Shown here one piece after another: positions 57,443 through 64,000 of a stretch of 64,000 nt of DNA. Under the pieces are notes generated by a model, which was not told the DNA's origin, made no database searches, and was given only the letters and a program-made list of their open reading frames with translations. The translations under genes were made by a program, and so were the position numbers. Source of the stretch: Blastocatellia bacterium (GTDB taxonomy: Bacteria; Acidobacteriota; Blastocatellia; UBA7656); assembly GCA_035249305.1 (NCBI GenBank), contig DATFGQ010000084.1:3156-67155 (forward strand), read 5' to 3'. The stretch's first letter is position 1. Each line of letters starts with the position of its first letter.

Positions 57443-58198
57443 TTGAACTGGACTGACGCGCTGAAGCTGATCGGCATCGCGATCATAGTTTTAGGGCTCG
57501 CGCTCAAGCTGCGCACCACGATCGTCGTAGTCACGGCCGGCCTAGTGACGGGCGTGATCGCGGGCCTCCCGCTGTTGTCAAGCGAAGGGCTCTTCGCCGA
57601 CCTGCCTTACCTGACGCGGCCGGGCGAAGAGGGGATCATCAACATGCTAGGCCGCGCCTTCACGGAGAACCGGCTGATGACGCTCTTCATCATCACGCTG
57701 CCCGCGATAGGGCTGGCCGAGCGGCACGGGCTGCAAGAGCAGTCGGCCCGGCTGATCCGCCGCATCAAATCCGCGACGGTCGGCAAGCTCCAGATCATCT
57801 ACCAACTCTTCCGCGTGCTGACGGGACTGCTCGGGCTCAGGCTCAACGGCCACCCCTCTTTCGTCCGTCCGTTGATACTGCCGATGTCGCTCGGCGCGGC
57901 CGAGGCGATGGCCGGCGCCGAAAGCGTAGACGAGTTGGCCGAGGCCGAGGTCGAGCGGGTCAAGGCGGCGAGCTCGGCGGCGGAAAACTACGGCAACTTC
58001 TACGGCCAGAACCTCTCGCCTGTGCAGGCGGGGATACTGCTTGTCTTCGGCGTCATGAACGGGCTCGGTTACACGGTCAACCTCCTGAGCCTGGTCTATT
58101 ACACGATCCCGATAGTCGTGTTTTCGATAGTGCTCGGGGCCATCCAATTCTTTCTGCTCGATCAGCATTACCGGAAGAAAGCGAGGGCCAGGTCATAA
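57443..58198 (+). CDS. DUF969-family integral membrane protein
   Basis: The TTG start follows ggaggga. The N-terminus [35 protein letters not shown] and the overall ~250 aa multi-pass layout resemble DUF969. It is translationally coupled (TAATG) to a DUF979-like gene. Confidence 0.6.
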   Translation: MNWTDALKLIGIAIIVLGLALKLRTTIVVVTAGLVTGVIAGLPLLSSEGLFADLPYLTRPGEEGIINMLGRAFTENRLMTLFIITLPAIGLAERHGLQEQSARLIRRIKSATVGKLQIIYQLFRVLTGLLGLRLNGHPSFVRPLILPMSLGAAEAMAGAESVDELAEAEVERVKAASSAAENYGNFYGQNLSPVQAGILLVFGVMNGLGYTVNLLSLVYYTIPIVVFSIVLGAIQFFLLDQHYRKKARARS

Positions 58199-59166
58199 TG
58201 CGGCTAGTCTCGTCGATTGCCGGGTGGGTCTTCAGCCTTCAAGCGGTCTACATACTCGTGGGCCTGGTGCTCGCCGTCTTCGCCTGGATGACGTTCCGGG
58301 ACCGCGGCAACCCGCGGCGCGTGGGGAGCGCGTTGTTCTGGATGATACTCGGTTTGATCTTCATAGCCGGAGGCTGGCTCCCGCATTGGGTGACGGGGCT
58401 TCTGGTGCTGTTGATGGTCGCGCTCGACGGCACGGGCCAGGTCCGCCGCGGGAGCGCGACCGAAGCGCCGAAAGAGTATCAGGAGAAAGAGGCCGAGCGT
58501 CTGCGCAATAAGATCTTCCTGCCGGTCCTTGTAATCCCGCTCGTGACATTCGCCTTCGCCGCCGCCTTCAAGATCGCGGGCGCGGATATGAACCGCGGCG
58601 CGCTCGTGGGCCTGGGTTTCGGCGGGGTGGCTGCCGCGGCCGTAGCACTCGGTTTGACCAGAAGCTCTCTTCGCACCCTTTTTAACGAAGGTCGCAGGAT
58701 CAACGACGCCATCGGGCCGTTCAACATCCTTCCCCAACTGCTCGCCTCGATGGGGGTGATATTCGCGGCGGCCAAGATCGGGGCCGTGATCGCGGGCGCC
58801 ATCACTCGCGTCATCCCGCAGGACAACCTCTTCTTGCTCGTGCTGGCCAACTGCGCAGGGATGGCGCTGCTTACCATCGTCATGGGCAATTCGTTCGCGG
58901 CCTTTCCCGTGATAGCTTCGGGCGTGCTGGCCCCTCTGATCCTCCAGCCGTTCGGCGTAGACCCGGCTATGGCGGCAATCATCACGCTGACGGCAGGGTC
59001 GAGCGGGACGCTTATGACGCCGATGGCGGCGAACTTCAACATAGTCCCGGCCGTGCTCTTAGACATGCGCAGCCTGTACGGCGTCATAAAGTTCCAACTG
59101 CCGTTCGCGCTCACGATATGGTCGCTGCACGTCCTGCTGATGTACTTTCTGATCAAGTTCTTCTGA
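58198..59166 (+). CDS. DUF979-family integral membrane protein
   Basis: A 322 aa multi-pass protein that is the obligate partner of DUF969 in many genomes. The assignment comes from the pairing and my sequence recollection and was not verified with an HMM. Confidence 0.55.
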   Translation: MRLVSSIAGWVFSLQAVYILVGLVLAVFAWMTFRDRGNPRRVGSALFWMILGLIFIAGGWLPHWVTGLLVLLMVALDGTGQVRRGSATEAPKEYQEKEAERLRNKIFLPVLVIPLVTFAFAAAFKIAGADMNRGALVGLGFGGVAAAAVALGLTRSSLRTLFNEGRRINDAIGPFNILPQLLASMGVIFAAAKIGAVIAGAITRVIPQDNLFLLVLANCAGMALLTIVMGNSFAAFPVIASGVLAPLILQPFGVDPAMAAIITLTAGSSGTLMTPMAANFNIVPAVLLDMRSLYGVIKFQLPFALTIWSLHVLLMYFLIKFF

Positions 59167-59425
59167 AAAGGCGGCTGAAAAAAAGATTTAGAAATCCTGG
59201 ATTTTTCAGCGAGCGTTGAAATATAATTCCCGCGCTTTGGCCCCGGCCCTCTGTAACCAAAGTTATTTGAGAAGTGCGGAGTAAAGCCTAGGCTACCTCA
59301 CGATCATTTGAAACCCCGGCCCCGAAGAGCGGATCTTGCAATGGGTGAAATTCTGCGGCGGACCATTTTTGCCGTTCAGGTTTCAGGGTGGATTGTTGAT
59401 GTCGACGAAACAGGAGGAGCACACA

Positions 59426-60940
59426 ATGCGGAAACATTATCGGAAACTGATTATCTTTACACTCGCTATTCTCTTAGCGGGCCTGAGCGTGCCCGTCGGC
59501 GCGCAAAAGTCTTCAGACGGCTCTACGGATTTCTGGGGGGCGCAGTACCAGGACCAGCAGACTCCCAGACTCAAGGAAGCTAAGACGAAATCGCTAAACC
59601 AGCTTCTTCGCTGGAACGTGATCGCAAACAACGCGAGCGGCCTGGACCACACGCCCGTGCGGCCGGGCGAGAACCGCGTCTTCGGCGAGCAGATCGGGCC
59701 GGGCCGCGCGAGCCGCGCGATGGCTATCGTCCACATAGCCATGTTCGAGACCTTAAACGCCATCACGGGCGGTTTCGAGAGCTACACGGGTCTTTTCCGC
59801 GCGTCTAAGAAGACGAGCGGCAAGGCCGCCGTGGCGCAGGCCGCGCACGACACGCTGGTCGTGCTCTTCCCCTCGCAAAAAGCGACCTTCGACGCCGCGC
59901 TCGCCGAAGACCTCGCGGAGCTTCCTAATAACAAGGCGAAGACCAACGGCATAGCCCTCGGCAAGACCGCGGCTTTCACTATACTCGCGCAACGCACCTT
60001 GGACGGCTCGCAGTTCCCCGAGCAGCGCGTCAACATAGATTTCGTCTGTAGCGATGACGCAGGCAAGTGGCGTCAGGACCCGATCAGCCTGATACCGATA
60101 GCGCTCGGCGTGCGCTGGGGCGAAGTCACGCCTTTCGCCCTGAATTCGGGGAGCCAGTTCCGCACGCCGCCCCCGCCCGCGATGAACAGCGCGGCCTACG
60201 CTACGGCCTACAACGAAGTGAAGCGCCTGGGCGGCGACGGCGTCAATACGCCGACCGAGCGCACGGCCGCGCAGACGGAGATAGGCATCTACTGGGGCTA
60301 CGACGGGACGCCTAGCCTGTGCGCGCCGCCCAAACTCTACAACCAGATCGCCGTGCAGATTGCCGATCAATTTGGCTTAAACGACCTTGAGACGGCGCGG
60401 CTGCTCGCGCTCGTCAACGTGGCGATGGCCGACGCGGGGATCGCGAGCTGGGAGTCGAAGTACTTCTACCAGGTGTGGCGCCCGGTCGCGGGCATTCGTG
60501 AATCCGACGCGGGGACAGGCCCGAAAGGCAAGGGCGACGAGAACCCCGCGACGACAGGCGACGTGGCCTTCTCGCCGCTGGGCGCGCCCGCAAGCAACTT
60601 GAGCGGGCCGAACTTCACGCCGCCCTTCCCGGCCTACCCGTCGGGGCACGCGACGTTCGGGGGCGCGCTGTTCCAGACCATGCGCAGGTTCTTCGGCAGA
60701 GACAACGTCACGTTCACCTTCGTGTCTGACGAGTTCAACGGCATCACGAAGGATAACCAAGGCAACACCCGCCCGCTCAAGCCTCGCACGTTTACGAGCT
60801 TCTCGCAGGCCGAAGAGGAGAACGGGCAGAGCCGAATATACCTCGGCATCCACTGGTCGTATGACAAGACGGAAGGCATCGCTCAGGGGCGCAAGATAGC
60901 CGACTGGGCGTTCGAGCATTTCTTCCGTCCGGTGAGTTGA
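59426..60940 (+). CDS. PAP2-superfamily protein, vanadium-dependent haloperoxidase / acid-phosphatase-like
   Basis: The start is taken at MRKHYRKLIIFTLAILLAGLSVPVGAQ (AGGAGG at 59412-59417). PAP2 motifs are KYFYQVWRP, PAYPSGHATFGGA and SRIYLGIHWSYD. Confidence 0.75.
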   Translation: MRKHYRKLIIFTLAILLAGLSVPVGAQKSSDGSTDFWGAQYQDQQTPRLKEAKTKSLNQLLRWNVIANNASGLDHTPVRPGENRVFGEQIGPGRASRAMAIVHIAMFETLNAITGGFESYTGLFRASKKTSGKAAVAQAAHDTLVVLFPSQKATFDAALAEDLAELPNNKAKTNGIALGKTAAFTILAQRTLDGSQFPEQRVNIDFVCSDDAGKWRQDPISLIPIALGVRWGEVTPFALNSGSQFRTPPPPAMNSAAYATAYNEVKRLGGDGVNTPTERTAAQTEIGIYWGYDGTPSLCAPPKLYNQIAVQIADQFGLNDLETARLLALVNVAMADAGIASWESKYFYQVWRPVAGIRESDAGTGPKGKGDENPATTGDVAFSPLGAPASNLSGPNFTPPFPAYPSGHATFGGALFQTMRRFFGRDNVTFTFVSDEFNGITKDNQGNTRPLKPRTFTSFSQAEEENGQSRIYLGIHWSYDKTEGIAQGRKIADWAFEHFFRPVS

Positions 60941-60946
60941 GGAACA

Positions 60947-61097
60947 TCTCACCGCGGAGGCACAGAGAACACAGGATGGCCGATGATGTGCTTCGCACGC
61001 GGCGGAGGCGCGGAGAGAAATTAATTCCGCTCTGCGCAATCGCCGCGTGCGAAGCACATCATCGGCCATCCTGTGTTCTTTGCGTCTCTGCGGTGAA
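60947..61097. repeat. Palindromic intergenic element, family D (copy 2, complete)
   Basis: The ~57-nt arms 60949-61005 and 61041-61097 are inverted repeats. The inner 38 nt (gaacacaggatggccgatgatgtgcttcgcacgcggcg) is perfect. The 35-nt centre is gaggcgcggagagaaattaattccgctctgcgcaat. The element lies between convergent genes. Confidence 0.9.
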
Positions 61098-61111
61098 ACT
61101 TCACTACACTC

Positions 61112-62503
61112 CTACTCGCTTTTGGCCAGAGGGAGGCTGACCCGGAACCGCGAGCCTGAGCCGGGGTGGCTGCTCACTTCTATATTCCCGCCGTGCGCCT
61201 CGACTATCCATTTTGAGATCGCTAGCCCAAGGCCGAACCCGTTGACGCGCCCGTCGCCGGGGTCGCTCTGGCGGTAGAACCGCTCGAAGACATGCGGCAG
61301 CGCTTCGGCGGGTATGCCTCGGCCCGTGTCCGACACTTCGATGATAGCGGCCTCGCCTTCGCGGTCTAACGCGAGGCGCGCGCTCCCGCCCGCGGGGGTG
61401 TATTTGATGGCGTTGTCGAGCAGGTTGACGAAGAGCTGTTTGAGCCGCTTCTGATCGCCTTCGACGACGACAGGCACGGCCGACGGATTGTAGTCGAGCG
61501 CTACGCTGGCCGAGCTGGCGAGGGGCTGTAAGAAGTTGTAGGCTTCGGACGCGAGCCGGTCGAGGCTGATGGGCTCAAGCTCCAGCATCGTCTCGCCCGC
61601 GTCGGAGCGGGCCAGCGTCAACAGGTCATCGGTGAGCTTCGTCAGCCGCGCGATCTCTTCGAGGCTCGACGTGAGCACGCGCCTGTATTCGTCGGTGGCG
61701 CGCTCGCGGCGGAGCGCGACTTCGATGTCGCCGCGCAGCACGGCCAGCGGCGTCTTCAGCTCGTGCGAGGCGTCGGCCGTGAACCGCCGCTCGCGCGCAA
61801 ACGCCTGCTCCAGTTTCGAGAGCATCTCGTTAAACGTGCCGGCCAGACGCCCTATCTCGTCTTTCGTGCGCGGCTCTTCGACGCGCTCGCTCAGGTTGCC
61901 CCGCCCTATGCGCTCGACCGTGCGAGTGATGCGGTCCACGGGTTCGAGCGCCTTGTTGGCGAGCCACAGCCCGCCCAGCGACGCGAGCAACAGCGCCACG
62001 GGGTTCGAGATCGCAAGCAGCAGGAGCAATTGCCGCTGGGCCTGTTGGAGCTCTTTGAGAGACTGCCCAACGACTACGAAGAAGACCTCGCCGTCTTCGT
62101 CGCGCGCGGGCCAGGTGATTATGCGGGCCTGCTCCGTGGGCGTGATCGACGCTTCTTCGTACTGCGGCTTCCATTCGCGCGCGGCTCGTTCAATCGTAGC
62201 CTGGCTCACAGGCACCTCGTTGCCTTCGATGTCGAGTATCTGGTCCGTGATCCCCCCCTCTTGATTCACTATCGAGACGAACTGCGGCGTGAGCATCAAG
62301 ACGCCCGGCTGACTCATCTCCTCGGCGACCGAGGGGTGACCGACCCCCTGAGCTATGCGGTCGGCCTGGTTCCAAAGCGACGTGTCTATAGTTGCCAGCA
62401 GCCCGCGCGAGAGGTATAGGTAGATCGCGATTGCGAAGGCGAGCAGCACCGCGGCCGCCACGGCCAGGTACCAGAGCGTGAGCTTTGCGCGGATCGATAG
62501 CAT
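61112..62503 (-). CDS. Membrane sensor histidine kinase (2 TM, HAMP, HisKA, HATPase_c); no cognate RR gene adjacent
   Basis: The TM helices are LWYLAVAAAVLLAFAIAIYLYL and NPVALLLASLGGLWLA. The H-box is ADASHELKTPL, with DTGRGI and GFGLGLAISK. Confidence 0.85.
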   Translation of the reverse strand: MLSIRAKLTLWYLAVAAAVLLAFAIAIYLYLSRGLLATIDTSLWNQADRIAQGVGHPSVAEEMSQPGVLMLTPQFVSIVNQEGGITDQILDIEGNEVPVSQATIERAAREWKPQYEEASITPTEQARIITWPARDEDGEVFFVVVGQSLKELQQAQRQLLLLLAISNPVALLLASLGGLWLANKALEPVDRITRTVERIGRGNLSERVEEPRTKDEIGRLAGTFNEMLSKLEQAFARERRFTADASHELKTPLAVLRGDIEVALRRERATDEYRRVLTSSLEEIARLTKLTDDLLTLARSDAGETMLELEPISLDRLASEAYNFLQPLASSASVALDYNPSAVPVVVEGDQKRLKQLFVNLLDNAIKYTPAGGSARLALDREGEAAIIEVSDTGRGIPAEALPHVFERFYRQSDPGDGRVNGFGLGLAISKWIVEAHGGNIEVSSHPGSGSRFRVSLPLAKSE

Positions 62504-62595
62504 CGTTTGTTTGAGCGGAGTGGTAGAATTGATCCCTCACGGCATATAATCTACGCTTTCACGCGATTGAGCAAACTTAAAAGGGAACCAAAGCG

Positions 62596-63771
62596 ATGAC
62601 GAACAAGGATCATGGTAAGGGTCGAAATAATATGAGAATTAGGCGCGCGGCGCTCGCTCTCGTGATGCTCGCCGCGACCGCCTTGCCCGGAGTTGAATTC
62701 TCCCTCGCGCAATCGGGCGCACAGATTATCCGTAATATCGAATACGCGCGAGCCGGCGGCAAGACGCTCCTGCTCGACCTCTACCTGCCGGCCGGAAGCA
62801 CGGCCGCGCTGCCAGTAGTCGTCTGGATTCATGGCGGCGGTTGGGCATCGGGCGACAAAGGCAACGGCGGCCACGCGGCCCGTCTGACCGCGCGGGGCTA
62901 CGCCGTCGCGAGCATCAATTACCGTTTGAGCTGGGAAGATAGATTCCCGGCGCAGGTCGAAGACTGCAAGGCGGCCATACGCTGGCTGCGGGCCAACGCC
63001 TCGCGATACAACCTCGACGCGGACCGCATAGGCGTGTGGGGGTCGTCGGCGGGTGGCCATCTTGCCGCGCTGTTAGGAACGAGCGGCGGGGCGGCGGAGC
63101 TTGAAGGCGATCTAGGCAACGGGGAGCAGTCGAGCCGCGTCCAGGCCGTCGTCGACTGGTACGGCCCGTCGGACTTTCTGAAGATGCAGTCGGAATCGCT
63201 CGCGTGCGGTGTGGTCGATCACGACTCGCCGCTCTCGCCGGAAGCGCTGTTATTGGGCTGCCCGATTCGGCTTTGCGAGGACCGCGCGAGGCGTGCGAGC
63301 CCCGTAACATATGCTACGGCCGACGACCCGCCGTTTCTGATAATGCACGGCACGAATGATTGCCTCGTCCCTCCTTTGCAGGGCCGCGACATGCAAGAGT
63401 CGCTCGCGGCCGTAGGCGTCGAAGCGACGTTGAAATTCATTCAAGGGGCGGGCCACGGCGGGGATGAGTTCGAGACTGCCGAAAACCGTAAGCTCGTAGA
63501 CGATTTTCTCGACCGACACCTCGCGCGCCCGTCGCAGCCTAAGATCACGCGCGCCGAGGTGCGCGGCAAAAAGCTGCTGGTCTTCGGAGAAGGGTTCTCC
63601 GCGGGCGCGGTGATACTGGTCGACGGGAGGCGGGAGAAGACTAAGGTCGACGGTCAAAGCCTTATCGGCAAGAAGGCGGGCAAGAACATTGCTTCGGGGC
63701 AGGCCGTAACTTTGCGCGTGGAGAATCCCGGCGGCGTGCTGTCTGAAGAGTTCCTCTTCACCAGACCTTAA
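62596..63771 (+). CDS. Alpha/beta-hydrolase (esterase/lipase, HGGG type) with a C-terminal beta-rich extension
   Basis: Has the oxyanion VVVWIHGGGW, the nucleophile elbow GVWGSSAGGHLA and a late GAGHGG. The signal peptide MRIRRAALALVMLAATA suggests ATG 62632 as an alternative start. Confidence 0.8.
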   Translation: MTNKDHGKGRNNMRIRRAALALVMLAATALPGVEFSLAQSGAQIIRNIEYARAGGKTLLLDLYLPAGSTAALPVVVWIHGGGWASGDKGNGGHAARLTARGYAVASINYRLSWEDRFPAQVEDCKAAIRWLRANASRYNLDADRIGVWGSSAGGHLAALLGTSGGAAELEGDLGNGEQSSRVQAVVDWYGPSDFLKMQSESLACGVVDHDSPLSPEALLLGCPIRLCEDRARRASPVTYATADDPPFLIMHGTNDCLVPPLQGRDMQESLAAVGVEATLKFIQGAGHGGDEFETAENRKLVDDFLDRHLARPSQPKITRAEVRGKKLLVFGEGFSAGAVILVDGRREKTKVDGQSLIGKKAGKNIASGQAVTLRVENPGGVLSEEFLFTRP

Positions 63772-63780
63772 ATACAGGTT

Positions 63781-63865
63781 CAATAAGCATCGAAGAGGCG
63801 AGATTCAATAGCCCGGCGCAACGCGCCGGGTAACGCGTCATACAACGAGAAGCCCTGAAAGGGCA
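63781..63865. repeat. Family C element, left half only (truncated at the centre of the palindrome)
   Basis: The sequence tcgaagaggcgagattcaatagcccggcgcaacgcgccgggtaacgcgtcatacaacgagaagccctgaaagggc matches the left halves of the copies at 11.4 and 53.1 kb. Homology ends at ~63865, and AT-rich sequence follows to the window end. Confidence 0.8.
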
Positions 63866-64000
63866 ATGGCATTAAGTTAAGAGAGCATAGACCAGCATAG
63901 CCTTTTGCTGGTAAACATGCTCTATGAATAAAAAAACGAATCCTCCATAATTCTACATCTGCGGACCACTCTCGAAAGCCCGCTGACCATTAAGCAATTC

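Noticed and set aside
59174-59210. An AT-rich hairpin gctgaaaaa...tttttcagc after the DUF979 gene, as a terminator.
   Set aside because: The stem is almost entirely A:T with a long loop, so its stability is doubtful. I did not list it as a feature.
60937-61277. Small ORFs inside repeats: 60937..61140, 61047..61277, 60792..60998, 16366..16665 (partly), 11150..11425, 26717..26917 and 52860..53078.
   Set aside because: They are read through palindromic repeat elements, so the same peptide appears on both strands (for example MRSTSSAIL.SL.LCGE). They are artefacts of repeat sequence rather than genes.

Overview
This is a 64 kb high-GC bacterial chromosomal window. Hand counts of sampled 60-nt lines give about 57-65% G+C. 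The gene content, meaning a Ser/Thr kinase with TolB-like and TPR modules, many TPR fusions and dense palindromic intergenic repeats, suggests a soil Acidobacteriota-like organism, but that is only an inference. I found no rRNA, tRNA, CRISPR array, transposase, integrase, prophage or recognisable defence genes.

Layout:
- 1-20.75 kb: a tightly packed 15-gene, single-strand surface-polysaccharide cluster. It encodes a carbamoyltransferase, seven GT-B glycosyltransferases, one GT2, a GT-C-like membrane protein, a Wzy_C-type membrane protein, AsnB, Gmd, a GDP-mannose-3,5-epimerase-like SDR and a WecA-type initiating transferase.
- 20.8-31.3 kb: housekeeping genes, namely a Kgd/OdhA-type fused 2-oxoglutarate dehydrogenase, an S41 peptidase, lepB and rnc.
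- 31.5-42.1 kb: a co-directional minus-strand array of histidine kinase (HK), LuxR-type response regulator (RR), Ser/Thr kinase, geranylgeranyl-reductase-like flavoprotein, an atypical Clp/Hsp100-like ATPase, a YbjN-like protein, an HD hydrolase and a TPR/HExxH protein.
- 42.2-63.8 kb: mixed envelope and metabolic genes. These include PpiD-like, glgC, NYN, psuG, OmpA-like, a beta-lactamase-fold hydrolase, a di-haem peroxidase/beta-helix fusion followed by a MIP channel, a DUF969/DUF979 pair, a PAP2/vanadium-haloperoxidase-like protein, an orphan HK and an esterase.

No clear-cut novel system such as a defence island is demonstrable from sequence alone. The best candidates for undescribed biology are:
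1. Three or four families of highly structured, modular palindromic intergenic elements. One has rewritten the C-termini of two unrelated enzymes to VLSAES, and one shows compensatory base changes in a hairpin module.
2. A Clp-like ATPase whose second AAA+ module has lost both Walker motifs, in an apparent operon with YbjN-like, HD and secreted TPR-metalloprotease-like genes.
3. A membrane-anchored cytochrome c peroxidase/beta-helix fusion separated by 3 nt from an aquaglyceroporin-like channel.
4. The AT-shifted GT-C-like and Wzy_C-like membrane protein pair inside the glycan cluster.
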